From: Mobula hypostoma
Taxonomy: Eukaryota
Reading direction: 5' to 3'
NCBI RefSeq assembly: GCF_963921235.1
Contig: NC_086108.1
Coordinates: 112,284,001-112,348,000, forward strand
DNA length: 64,000 bases
Shown here: in pieces, positions 49,379 to 62,533 of the stretch
Numbering within the stretch: position 1 is the stretch's first letter
How the letters are laid out: each line of letters opens with the position of its first letter
The notes under the pieces: generated by a model
Told to the model about the DNA's origin: nothing
What the model saw: the letters and a program-made list of their open reading frames with translations, nothing else
The model's database searches: none
Position numbers and translations under genes: made by a program

Positions 49379-50693
49379 CAGACATTCCACCTCTCCCGGA
49401 TATCGATAGTGGCTCCCTGATGCCCGGAAATTATATACAATATCCCGGAAATAGATTTTTTTGAGCGGGAGAGCGAGCATCCTGATTGGTCTTTCTTTGT
49501 GCTAAGGTTGGTCCCCAACCACCGGGCCACGAGGAAACGATATAATTTGGCGATATGAGTCAGCTGCACCTTCCCTCATTCCCTGTCACACCCACTGTTG
49601 GAACTTGAACGCATGCGAGGTCATTACCCGCGTGTCATCCATGTCAGCGCGGGAAGATCAACTCCTGGAGCTTGCAAATGACGGCGGGCTGAAAAGTATG
49701 TTTGACATTACATCTCTGCCGGCATTCTGGATCAAAGTCAAGGCTAAATATTCTGAGATAGCCATGAAAGCACTGAAAACGTTGCTTCCATTTCCAACAT
49801 CATATCACTGTGAAGTGGAGTTTTCTGCAATGAATGCAACGAAAACTAAATTGTGGAATAGACTGGACATAAGGAACCCCCTTCGAGTATCACTGGCTCC
49901 CATCATCCCTCGATAGGACTGTCTTGTTGCAGGAAAACAAGTCCAGGGCTCCCACTGATTCAGTGATATTGGTGTGTTGCAATGATTTTATATGTTCATA
50001 CAAGGAAAATATGCGCTGTGTGCTTAATATCCAAATGTTACTTAAAATATTACGATGCTATTGACTTATCACCTATATTCCGGTCGTGATTAACACCCAC
50101 CACCCCCCCCGCCCCACCGGTCGGCTGGTCCGCAAGAATATTGTCAATATTAAACCGGTCTGTGGTGCAAAAAATGTTGGGGACCCCTGCTAAGTAGACC
50201 TATCAGTTTTCTCTGTGGGCGGGCTTTATAGTCGACCTCAAAAATAATGACAGTGTTGCTCGCTGCACTGTTTGCAACAGTGACTTTTCTATTGCTCATG
50301 GTGGGTTAAGATGTAAAAGACATGTTGAGGTGAGTTTAACAGGTGTCATTCGTTCATTAGCATAGCTAACATTATTTAAACTAGCTGGCTAGCTGCTAAG
50401 GAGCTACGCTATTGATGTCCTACGTGATGAGGCCAAACTCCCTGTAGACTTGCTTAAAGTTGTAATAGAATAAACATGATAATATAATATAAGTACATAT
50501 TTTAATGTCACATTTGCTGCATATAGCCAACTTGGTTTACAGATTAGACAAAATCACTAAACAAAGTATTACATACACCCTTGGAGGTCGACGGAGGGCG
50601 GGGGGATATGGGGTTGCGGGGGGGGCGGGGTGCTACCTCCCTGAAATGGTGGTGATACCTCCCTGAAATGAGTTTTTGCAGGGTGAGATGTCT
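49379..50693 (+). mobile_element. Non-autonomous hAT-like DNA transposon with zinc-finger remnant, inserted into a CR1 fragment
   Basis: TIR CAGACATTCCACC / GGGTGAGATGTCT(A); GGGTTG on both sides; 50240-50329 encodes ARCTVCNSDFSIAHGG..KRHVE followed by GTGAGT. Confidence 0.65.
49507..50189 (+). mobile_element. hAT Buster/Charlie-type deletion derivative nested in the preceding element
   Basis: GGTCCCCAAC...GTTGGGGACCCCTG TIRs; ORF 49605..49916 is the hAT dimerisation domain (FWIKV..Y.EIA..ALKTLLPFPTSY.CE..FS..KTK..NRLD). Confidence 0.88.
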
Positions 50694-51739
50694 AGGGTTG
50701 AATAGGTTGGCACTTTATTCCATAAAGTGTAGGAGAAGGAGGGGAAATTTGATAGACAAATACAAAATTATAAGGGATATAGATGGAGTAAATATAAACA
50801 GACTTTTTCCACTGAGGCTGAGTGAGACAAGAACCAGGGGTCATAGATTTAAGGTGAAAGATAAAATGTTTAAGGGAACATGAGGGGGAGCTTCTTCACT
50901 CAGAGGGTGGTGAGAGCATGGAACGAGCTGCCAGCGAAAGTGTTGGATGTGGGTTTGATTTCAACATTTAAGAGAAGCTTGGATAGGTACATGGATGGAG
51001 GGCTATGATCCTGGTGCAGGTCAATGGACTTGGCAGAATAACAGACTGGCATGGACTAGATGGGCTGAAAGGCCTGCTTCTGTGCAGTAGTGCTCTGTGA
51101 CTTAATGATTCTAAGTTATCAGGTCCTTGAAACCAACTTCCAGTTTAGCTTAAAGAAAATGTTAGTTTAATTGGTCATTGGTTAATGACAATATACAGCC
51201 TACGGACAATGAACAGCTCAAGACTGTAGGAAAGTTGGTAAAGTTAACATGTCAAAGATTAGTTTTATTTCTAACATGGTCATTAAAACATTGAAATACA
51301 GAGTGAAATGTATTGTTTGCATCAACGACCAACACAGTCTGAGATACGCTGGGGGCAGCCTGCAAGTGTCACCATGCTTCTGGCACCAACACACTAACCC
51401 TAACCCGTACATTTATGGAATGTGGGAGGAAACAGGAACACCTCGATAAAGCCCACACAGTCACAGGGAGAGCGTAAAAACTCCTTACAGACAGCAGTGG
51501 GAATTGAACCCCAATTATTGGCACTATAAAGCATTATGCTAACCGCACCATTACCGTACCACCCCAAAGTTCAAATTTCGAAGTAAATTTATTATCAAAG
51601 TACATATATGTCACCATATACAATCCTGTTGTTAATTTTCTTGTGGGCATTGACAGTAAATACAAAGAAAAACAATAGAATCAATGAAAAATTTTCTATT
51701 TTCATTGAAAATAGGCTGATTTTTCGGAGCGAAGAGAGT

Positions 51740-53515
51740 TTTTACAACTCGGGGTAAAAGAGGGGCGAGACTGCGCAGGCGTGTGACGTCAGCCAGTAGA
51801 GCGCAAAAGGTTTAAAAAGAAGACTGCCATATCCAGCAGGCAGCAGAGTGAGAGGCGGCAGAGTGATATGCTTTGGCTCAACGGGCTTAGGTGGTAACGG
51901 GAAGAGGCGAGGTAGGTTTACCTGTGTTAATTGCGGAAAGGAAGTAGTATGAGTGTGAGGCTAGTTTTCTGTGCTCGGTGTCAGATGTGGGAGGTCCTGG
52001 AGTCTCCCAGCCTCCCAGAAGGCCATATCTGCACCAGGTGTGTCAAGCTGCAGCTCCTAAGGGACCAAGTTAGGGAACTGGAGATGCAGCTCGATGGCCT
52101 TCGCTTGGTCAGGGAGAGCGAGGAGGTGATAGAAAGTAGTTATAAGCAAATGGTCACACTGGGGCCATGGGAGACAGACATGTGGTTCATAGTCAGGAGG
52201 GGGAAGGGGAAGAGTCAGGTACTAGAGAATACCCCTGTGGCTGTACCCCTTAACAATAAGTACTCCTGTTTGAGTACTGTTGGGGGTGGACAGCCTACCT
52301 GGGGGAAGCGACAGTGGCTGTGTCTCTGGCACAGAGTCTGGCCTTGTGGCTCAGAAGACTAGGAAAAGGAAGGGGATGGCAGCAGTGATGGGTGACTCTA
52401 TAGATAAGGGGTCAGACAGGCGATTCTGTGGACACAAGAAAGAAACTCAGATGGTAGTTTGCATCCCAGGTGCCAGGGTCCGGGTTGTTTCAAATCGCGT
52501 CCACGTTATCCTGCAGTGGGAGAACAGCCAGAGGTCGTGGTACATATTGGTACCAATGACATAGGTGGGAAAAAGGAAGAGGTCCTGAAAAAAGACTATA
52601 AGGAGTTAGGAATTGATGGCTTTGTTGCGAAGTTTGCAGATGATATGAAGATTGGTGGAGGGGCAGGTAGTTTTAAGGAAGTAGGGAGGTGACAGAAGGA
52701 GTTAAACAGATTAGGAGAATGGGCAAAGAAGTGGAAGATGGAATACAGTGTTGGGAAGTTAATGGTCATGCATTTTGGCGAAAGAAATAAAAGGGCTTAC
52801 TATTTTCTAAATGGAGAGAAAATACAAAAATCTGAGGCACAATGGGACTTGGCAGTCCTTGTGCAGGACTCCCTAATGGTTAATTTGCTGGTCGAGTCTG
52901 CGGTGAGCAAGGCAAATGTGATGTTTGCATTCATTTCAAGTGAACTAGAATATAAAAGCAAGAATGTAATGCTGAGACTTTATAAAGCACTGTTGAGGCC
53001 TCACTTGGAGTATTGTGAGATGTTTTGGGCCCGTTATCTTAGAAAGGATGTGTTGAAACTGGAGAGGGTTCAAAGGAGGTTCATGAAATAATTCCAGGAT
53101 TGAACTACTTCTCACAGGCTCTGAGCCTGTATTCACTGGAATTCAGGAGAATGAGGGGGGGCCTCGTTGAAACCTATTGAATGGTGAAACACCTTGATAG
53201 AGTGGATGTGGAGAGGATGTTTCCTCTGGTGGCTACGTTTAAGACCAGAGGACACAGCCTCAGAATAGAATGGAGATGATGAGGAATTTCTTTAGCCAGG
53301 GAGTGGTCAATCTATGGAATTCATTGCCACAGGCAACTGTGGAGGCTGTCTTTATGTATCTTTAAGGCAGAAGTTGATAGATTCTTGTTTGGTCAGGGCA
53401 TGAAGGGATAAGGGGGAAGGCAGGAAGTTGGGGCTGGAAGGAAAAATCATGATGAAATAGCAGAGCAGATTCAATGGGCAAAATGGCCTAATTCTGCTCC
53501 TATATTTTATGGACT
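51740..53515 (+). mobile_element. CR1 LINE retaining 5' UTR and ORF1 (Cys-finger, coiled coil, SGNH esterase) fused by internal deletion to the RT C-terminus
   Basis: VFCARCQMW..HICTRC..LRDQVRELE; GDS..CIPGAR..VVHIGTND, then a jump at ~52610 to GIDGFVAKFADD; CR1 3' UTR. Confidence 0.85.
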
Positions 53516-53519
53516 TATG

Positions 53520-56460
53520 TTCTTATAAGTGGCACAAAACTGCTGGCAATACTGCAAGTGAGGCCTCGCCAGTGCTTTATGAAGCCTCAACATTACATCC
53601 TTGCTTTTATATTCCAGTCCTCTTGAAATGAATGCTAACATCACATTTGCCTTCCTCACCACACAATCAACCTGCAAATTAATTGTTAGGGATTCCTGCA
53701 CAAGGACTTCCAAGAGCTTTTGCACCTCAGATTTTTGAATTTTCTCTCCGTTTAAAAATGGTATGTCCTTTTATTTCTTCTCCCAAAGTACATGACCGTC
53801 CATACACTTTCCAACACTGTATTCCATCTACCATTTCTTTGCTCATTCTCCAAATCTGTCTGTCCTTCTGTAGCCTCTCTACTTCCTCAAAACTACCTGC
53901 TCCTCCACCTATCTTCATATCATTTGCAAACTTTGCAAAAACCCCATCAATTCCATCAGCCAAGTTATTGACATATTACATAAAAAGAAGTGGTCCCAAT
54001 ATAAACCTCTGTGGAACACCACTTGTCACCGGCAGCCAACCAGAAGAGGCTCCCTTATTCCCATTCTTTGCTTCTTGTCAATCAACTACTGTTTTATCCA
54101 TGCTAGTATATTTCCTATCATACTTGTTAAGCAGCCTCACGTATGGCACCTTGTCAAAGGCCTTCTGAAAACCCAAGTACACAGCATCAACTGACTCTCT
54201 TTTATCTATCCTGCTTATTATTTCTTCATGCTGACCACAGCCTATTTTATCATGTGCCTCAAAGCACCCCAAAACCATGTCCTTTACAATCGACTCCAAC
54301 ATGTTCTCAACCACTGAGGTCAGACTAACTGGCCTATAATTTCCTTTCTTCTGCCTTTCTCCCTTTTTGAAGAGTGGAGTGACATTTGCAATTTTCCTGT
54401 CTTCCATAAACATTTCAGAATCTAGTGATCCTTGAAAGATCATTACTAGTGCCTCCACAATCTCTTCAGCCACCTCTTTCAGAACCCTGGGGTGTCTAGC
54501 ATCTTGTCCTGATGACTTATCTACCTTCAGACCTTTCAGTTTCATAGGACATATACATAGAACAGTACAGTACAGTACAGGCCCTTTGGCCCACAATGTT
54601 GTGCCGACCCTTAAACCCTGCCTCCCATATAACCCCCACCTTAAATTCCTCCCTATACCTGTCTAGTAGTCTCTTAAATTTCACTAGTGTATCTGCCTCC
54701 ACCACTGACTCAGGCAGTGCATGCCACGCACCAACCACTCTCTGAGTAAAAAACCTTCCTCTAATATCCCCCTTGAACTTCCTACCCCTTACCTTAAAGC
54801 CATGTCCTCTTGTATTGAGCAGTGGTGCCCTGGGGAAGAAGCGCTGGCTGTCCACTCTATCTATTCCCCTTAATATCTTGTATACCTCTATCATGTCTCC
54901 TCTCATCTTCCTTCTCTTCAGAGAGTAAAGCCCTAGCTCCCTTAATCTCTAATCATAATGCATACTCTCTAAATCAGGCAGCATCCTGGTAAAACTCCTC
55001 CGTACCCCTTCCAATGCTTCCACATCCTTCCTATAGTGAGGCGACCAGAACTGGACACAGTACTCCACGTGTGGCCTAACCAGAGTTTTATAGAGCGGCA
55101 TCATTACCCCACGACTCTTAAACACTATCCCTCGACTTATGAAAGCTAACACTCCATAAGCTTTCTTAGCTACCCTATCTACCTGTGAGGCAACTTTCAG
55201 AAGAACATTTCCCAAGAACAATTTCTCTAGTAATGGCAACTTCACACACTTCTGACCTCTGAGTCTCTGAAACTTCCACCATACTGCTAGTGTCTTCTAC
55301 AGTGAAAATGGATGCAAAATACTTATTCAGTTCATCCACCATTTCCTTGCCCCCATTACTACCTCTCAAGCATCGTTTTCCAGCAGTTCGATATACTCTT
55401 TCCTCTCTCTTTTACACTTTATGTATCTGAAGAAACTTTTGGTATCCTCTTTAATTTTATTGGCTCGCTTACTTTCATATTCCATCTTTTTCTTCTTATT
55501 GACATTTAAGTTGCCTTCTGTTACCTTTTAGAAGCTTCCCAATCCACTAAGTTCCCATTAATTTTTGTTCTATTATATGCCCTCTTTGGTTTTCATGTTG
55601 GCTTTGACTTCTTTTGTTAGCACGATTGTGTCATTTTGTCTTTAGAATACTTCTTCCTCTTTGTCTATATCCTGTGCCTTCCAAATTGCTTCCAGAAATT
55701 CCAGCCATTGCTGCTCTTCTGTCATCCCTGCTACTGTTCTTTTCCAATCAGTTTTGGCTACCTCCTCTCTCATGCCTCTGTAATTCCCTTTACTCCATTG
55801 CAATGCTGATACATCTGACTTTAGCTTCTCCTTCTCAAATTTCAGGGTGAATTTAATCATATTATGATCACTTTCTCCTAAGGGTTCTTTTACCTTAAGC
55901 TTTCTAATCAATTGCAGTTCATTGCACAACACCCAATCCAGAATAGCTGGTCCCTAGTGGGCTCAAGCACAAGCTGCTTTAAAAAGCCATCTCGTAAGCA
56001 TTCTAGAAATTCCTCCTCTTGGGATCCAGCACCAACCTGATTTTTCCTGTCTACTTGCATATTGAAATCCCCTATGACTATTGTAACATTGCCCTTTTGG
56101 CATGCATTTTCTATCTTCTAATGTAATTTTTAGACCACATCCTTACTACTATTTGGAGGTTGTATCTAACTCCCATCAGGGTCTTTATACTCTTGCAGTT
56201 CCTTATCCACAATAATTCAACATCTTCCAACCCTATGTCATCGCTTTCTAATGATTTGAAGTCCTTTTTACCAACAGAGCAATACCGCCCCTCTGCCTAC
56301 CTGTCTGTCCTTTCGATACAATATGTATCCTCAGACTTTAAGCTCCCAACTATAATCTTCTTTCGTCCATGATTCAGTGACGCCTACAGCATCATTAATG
56401 TCAATCTGTAACTGTGCTACGTTCTTCTACCTTATTCTGTATACTTCACGCATTCAAATA
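53520..56460 (-). mobile_element. CR1 LINE ORF2 (EN-RT) fragment, interrupted by a younger CR1
   Basis: PLFKKGERQKKGNYRPVSLT, FAKFAND, LGESDHN motifs. Confidence 0.85.
54556..55200 (-). mobile_element. Young CR1 3' end (third copy of the 33998-36500 family)
   Basis: ORFs 54517..54906 and 54949..55245 are near-identical to the C-terminus of the 476-aa ORF. Confidence 0.9.
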
Positions 56461-56699
56461 TAACACAGCTATAACATATTCAAATATAACAGATTCCACA
56501 AACTATGGTCTCTTTCAAGGACTCTATTATTTATTTATTTATTTATTAGTTTTGCATTTGCACAATTTGCCTTCATTTGCACTTTGGTTTTGCCAGTCTT
56601 TGTTTGTGTGTAGTTTTACATTGAATCTATTGTATTTCTTTGTTCTTTTGTGACTGAAAGAAACAATAGAATTTATAAAAACTATGTATCAACAAAGAC

Positions 56700-57310
56700 A
56701 AACAACCAATGCGCAAAAGAAGACAAACCGAACAAATAAAAAATATTGAGAACATGGGTTGTTAAGAGTCCTTGGAAGTCCATCGGTTGTGAAATCAATT
56801 CAGTGTTGGGCTGAGTGAAGTTATCCATTCTGGTTCAGTAGAAGCCAGGATGATGGTTGGATGGTAATAACTGTTCCTGAACCTGGTGGTGTGGGCCTTA
56901 AGGCTCCTTTATCTCCAGCCCAATGGTAGTAGTGAGAAGAGAGCATGGACTGGATGATGGAGATCCTTGATAAGGGATGTTGCTTTCTTGTGGCAATGCT
57001 CCTTGTAAATGTGCTCAATAATGGGGATGGCTTTGCCTGTGATAGATTGGCCTGTATCCACCACTTTCTTTAGACTTTTCCATTCCTGGGCATTGGTGTT
57101 TTCATACCAGACCATGATGGCGCCAGACAGGATATTCTGTACTGAGCATCTATAGAAGTCTGTCTAGATTTTAGATGACTTGCCAAATCTACACAAACTT
57201 TTTAAGGAAGTAGAGGCTTTGCCGTGCCTTCTTTGTGATGTTGGTCCCAGGACAGATCCTCTGATGTAGCAACGCCAAGGTATTTAAAGTTACTGACTCT
57301 CTCCAACTCA
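56700..57310 (-). mobile_element. Rex1 LINE 3' fragment
   Basis: VWYENTNAQEWKSLKKVVDT..IKDLHHPVHALFSLLP. Confidence 0.8.
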
Positions 57311-57703
57311 GATCCTCAGATCATATTAGCTGGGAGGACAAACAAGGAGTCTCTTTAAGCTCCACGCCAGATTAAAAAGATGGAGATGTCAAGACCGAGG
57401 GTGGAGGACTATCAGTGTTCATCTCACTACTCCGTGAGATTTTACTCGCCTTAGTATTGAACTGATTCTGCAGTTGAGGCCTGCAGCCATTGGCAATCAC
57501 CTCAGCACTGAATCAGGCTCTACAGCAATGGCCTACAGCCCAGGCTCCTGGACTGTCTTCATTCACCTCAGGGCTGAATTTGGCTCCTTGACTATGGCCT
57601 ACAGCTGTTGGGTTCCTGGAATGTCTTCACTCGCTTCAGCACTGAACTGGTTCTGTGGCTCTGGACTCACTTTTGGTAATTTTGCAGCTCATGTTCTGTG
57701 TGT

Positions 57704-57870
57704 TACACACAAAATACTGGAGGAACTCCACAGGCCAGGCTATGGAAAGGATTCGGCCGAAACGTCGACTGTACTCTTTGCCATAGAACCTGCCTGGCCT
57801 GCTGTGTTCCTCTGGCATTTTGTGTGTGCTGCTTGGCTTTCCAGCATCTGTAGATTTTCTCTTGTTTGTG
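57704..57870. mobile_element. Palindromic mini PLE-terminus insertion with 13-bp TSD
   Basis: TSD ATGTTCTGTGTGT at 57691-57703 and 57871-57883; inverted arms; GAAACGTCGACTG half-ribozyme. Confidence 0.8.
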
Positions 57871-60569
57871 ATGTTCTGTGTGTAATTTGATTACCTTTTT
57901 TATTGTTTGCACAATTTGCTCTTTCTTTGTCAGCCTTCGTTGTGTGTGTTTTTCATGGATTTGATTGTGTTGCTTTGATTTGTGGCTGCCTGCAAGAAGA
58001 TGAATCTCAAAATTGTGTATGGTGAACATACTTTGATAATAAATGTATTTTGAACTTTGAAATCTTACTCCAAATAAGCCATTTATCTGGAGAGTAAATG
58101 GAGGTTTTTATGGCTAAGTGCCTTGAGCACATCTAGGAGTTTCACTGCAAGACAGGAGTGCAAACCATTAGCCGTGGCGGAGACAGTGTAGACAAATCTC
58201 ACTCTATGGCTGATTGCAAATCAGGCAGGGAGCAAGGTTAAAACAAAATAACATTCCTTAATCTTGGCAGCTTTAGCCAAGTGGGGCCAATGGCACCATG
58301 CCCAAAGTTGACTAACCTAGCAGAGAGCGAGAATTGGATCTGGGACTTCCGGCATATCTCAGGAATGCTTTTCAAATAGACCATAAATCTCTCAGGGAAC
58401 ATAAAGGCATCTTGAACAAAAATAGCTACAAAAAATGTATATTGCAGGTCTGGAAACACTTTGAGCTGTAAAATGCTAAATATTTGGTCAAGACGGCAAC
58501 ATTTTAATGTGATGCAATCAGATGAAATTTTCTCCCAGAAAAGCCAGATGTATAGGTTTCACATATTATTTTGTGGTCAACATAAATATTTTGGTTTCTT
58601 GTTAATGGCCATTAAACCACAGAGAATTATTAATATTTCTATAAGAACAATTTATCAAATTGATAAATAATGTGAAGAGCAACAGTTATATTTGTGGAAC
58701 TTACTTAATCTCGGGTTGGTGTAATGCTAGTCTCTCTCTGCACAGTCTAATGGAAATACAGGGAAACCATAATAAAAGCTGTCATTAGAACGATATTGAG
58801 TGGTCCCCAGATAGTTCAGCAAGTTTATGCAGTCAGCAGAAGTGCCAAAACTATCAGGAAAGGAACAGTCTGTTTGCAGGAGCCCCTGGGACTGGGGGCT
58901 GTTGTGGGGAGCGTAAGGGTTCACCTAGTTTCAAGATTCAAAGATTCAAAGCACATTTATTATTAAAGTATGTATACAGAATATAACTTTGAGAGTCATC
59001 CTCCCGCAAGCAGCCATGAAACAAAGAACCACCAAGAAACCCATTAAAATATCAAACACCCAACATGTTAAAAATAAGGAATAAATTTCAGTCAACACAT
59101 AAAATATCAAACACCAAACCAGATGTCCAGTAGTATTCAGTTCAACTCCGCACCACCATCCAATGCAGCCCGCATGGTCATTCTTTGCCAAAGCGCCCCA
59201 GGCTGCATCGATTGCCCAGATAAAGCTGCTCAAAAACAGAGTAACCAGAATCTAGAAGCACATGCAAGTGAAGCTGAAAGTCCCCCAAAATGAGTGCACA
59301 CCATTGCCTATCAATCATTTCAGCATGGAACCCAAGGCTCCTGCACATTCCTCCAGCAACAGTGAGCAAGAGGAAAAGGAAGACCAGTCAAATGCAGACA
59401 GGTTGTGCTAAGTACCACCCCCATACCACACTCTCTGCTCTTGTCTTCATTGACTTCAATTTTACTCGACACTTCAATTAGAGAGAAGCAATGGAGTCAG
59501 ACACGGTCTCCAGGCCACACACTCTACTCTAAACCTCATCATACTCCTCTCCCTTAGAGACAGCAAAGTGCCAGATTGCTCAACTGGCCCCAAAACACAC
59601 TATCTGAATGTAAATCACAGGTTCCAATAACATGCAGCGTAGAGGTAGAACCATATTTGAACGAAGAAGTAAAAGAAGTATTTTTGTGAAATGTCAGCAG
59701 AATTTTACCATTGCTAGCTGGCACCATAGTGACATACTGCACAGAAATGGGCTATTCAGCCCATCATGACCAAGCCAGCCATCAGACATCTATCTGTGTC
59801 TATCACATTAGAATTATACAATATAGAAACAGGCCTGAGTGGTCCGTGCTGACTGTGTTGCCCAGTGAGCCAGTCCCATTTGCCCGTATTTGGTCCCTCC
59901 TACCCATGTACTTTTATTTGTTTATTTATTTTGCGATACAGTGTGGAACAGACCCTTCTTGCCCAACAAGCCATTCTGGCCTAGCAACCCTAGCCTAACC
60001 ACAGGACAATTTGTAATGGTCATTTAACCTACTACCCCGAATGTCTTTGAACCTTGGGAGGAAGCTGGAGCACCTGGAAGAAACAAAAGCACTCACAGGA
60101 AGGATGTACAAACTCAGAACTGAACACCGACCTCCGACGCCCTCAGCTAACCACGATGCTACAGTGGCGCCCCAAGATCTCCACATCTAGATGTCCTTTA
60201 ACTGTATCTAGTAAATATGCACTACCCTTTGCATGAAAAAGCTACCTCTGATGTTCTGTGATGTTCTGCTCAACATGGCGAGTATGCTGTGTTGGTGCTG
60301 GAATGTGCAGTGACACTTGTGGGCTCCCCCCAGCACATCCTTAGCTTGTGTTGGTTGTTAATACAAATGACACATTTTCACAGTATGCTTCCATGTATAT
60401 GTGATAAATTAACAAATCTGAATCTTTGTAATCTCTGGACTTTGATCTTAAACCTATTCTCTTTTGTTTTTAGCAACCCCCTTCTTGGGATAAAAACTAT
60501 GTACCCTCACCCTGTGTGTGCCCCTCGTGCTCTATCAGGTAACCCCTCAATCTCCTATTTTTTAGGAAA

Positions 60570-61330
60570 TAAAGTTCAAAGTAAATTTATTATCCAAGTA
60601 CATATATGTCACCATATACTGTCCTGAGATTCATTTCATGCAAGCGTTCAAGAAACAAAAAAACAAGCAAAATAATAATAATAAATAAATAAACAATAGA
60701 CATCAAGAACATGAAATGAAGAGTCCTTGAAAGTGAGTCCATATGTTAAGGGAACAGTTCAGTGCTGGGGTGAGTGAAGTTATCCCCTTTGGTTCAGGAG
60801 CCTGATGACTGTTCCTGAATCTGGTGGTGAGGGTCCTAAGGCTGCTGTACCTTCTCCTTGATGGCAGCAGCAAAAAGAGAACATGGCCTCGATGATGGAG
60901 GTCCTTGATGATGAATGCTGCTTTCTTGCGACAGCACTCCATGGTGCTCAATGGTGGGAAAGGCTTTACCCATGATGGACTGGGCTGTATTCAATATCTT
61001 TTGTAGACTTTTCCTTTCAAGACAGTGGTGTTTCCATACCAGGCCATGTTGCAACCGGTCAATATACTCTTCAACACACAAGTATATAAGTCTGACAAAG
61101 TTCTAGATGACATGCAAACTTCTAAGAAAGTAAAAGCCCTAATATGCTATCTTCGTAATGGCAACTTACATGCTGTACCTAGGAAAGATCTGCTGAAATG
61201 ATAACACCGAGGAATGCAAAGTTACTGTCGCTCTCCATCTCTGATCCCCTGATGAGGACTGGCTCACGGACCTCCGGTTTCCTCTCAAGAAGTCAATAAC
61301 CAGCTCCTTGGTCTTGCTGATATTGAGTTG
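60570..61330 (-). mobile_element. Rex1 LINE 3' fragment; the same tail family also occurs at ~36940-37280, 48395-48830 and 62810-63280
   Basis: KSLQKILNTAQSIMGK..IIKDLHHRGHVLFLLLPSRRRY..RFRNS; shared GATAATAAATTTACTTTGAACTTT tail. Confidence 0.8.
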
Positions 61331-62465
61331 TGGCAACCTCTGCTTGTAACTCAGGCCCCCAGTCCAGGCAACATCCTGGTAAACTTCCTAGTCATTTCTT
61401 CCTAGCCCACACCCAACAATTTTGAATCTTGAACAAGTTTAAGTAAATTACATTAGAAATTATTTCCAGGTGAAATCTTGAAATTAGACCAGCCAATTGT
61501 GATTGATGTTACCAACTGTGCTTAACATTTTCCTTGCATTAGAACAATGGTATCAATCCTTGTGTAAAATGTGTCTGAAGTTTTGCCAATTTAAATTGCA
61601 GCTTCCAGGTCCAGAAAAATGACTGCAGTTTGGCAGTAACAACAAACAAGGCACACAAAATTCAAGATTGAAGATTCAAGTTTGTTTAATGTCATTTCCA
61701 GCACACAAGTGTAAATGAGAACAAAATAATGGTTACTTCAGATCTGATAGGGCACCAAAAAAAACACAATAATAATTTTTTAAAAACAATAAATATAAAT
61801 AAGATAACTTAAAAACATAGATTAACTGGATGTTCATAAAGTGACGCTGAGCTGTACATAAGGTGACTGACAGGAAATAATAAAGTAGTGGTGGAGTTAG
61901 TGGATGGAGGTGTTGAAGCTTACTACTTGGGGAAAGTAATTGTTTTTGATTCTGATGGCCCTAGCATTGATGCACCGGTTCCCACCACTGTCTGTAAGGA
62001 GTTTGCACATTCTCTCCATGACTGTGTGGGTTTCCTCAGGGTGCTCTGGTTTCCTCCCACGGTCCAAAAACTTACCAATTTGTAGGTTAATTGGTCATGG
62101 ATGTAATTGGGCAGCGGAGGCTCGTTGGGCTGGAAAGTCCTGTTATCTCTAAATAAGATAAAACAAAATAAAATACAGGGCTGTCTGGTAGTGTAGCAAA
62201 TGTTGCTATTGCTGTACAGCACAGGCTACCTCAATCGAGGTTCAATTCTGCCGTTGTCTATGAGGGCTTTGTACATTCTCCCATGACTGTGTATGTTTCC
62301 TCTGGGTGCTCTAGTTTCCTCTCATGTTCCAGAAGACGTACAGGTTACAGTTAGTGAGTTGTGGGTATGCTATGTTAATACCAGAAGCCTGGAAACACTT
62401 GCAGGCTGCCCCCAGACACATAATCAGACTGTGTCAGTCGTTGATGCAAACACCAAATTTCACTG

Positions 62466-62533
62466 CTGCGTTCACCAGCAACTTTTATGTGTGTTGCTTG
62501 AATTTCCAGCATCTGCAGAATTCCTGTTGTTTG
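62466..62533 (+). mobile_element. 68-bp PLE extreme 3' end with 13-bp TSD, inserted in a SINE
   Basis: TSD CCAAATTTCACTG at 62453-62465 and 62534-62546. Confidence 0.85.

Noticed and set aside
49605..49916. Domesticated ZBED5/SCAND3-like exon
   Set aside because: Only the dimerisation-domain remnant lies between transposon TIRs, with a premature stop and substitutions at conserved positions.
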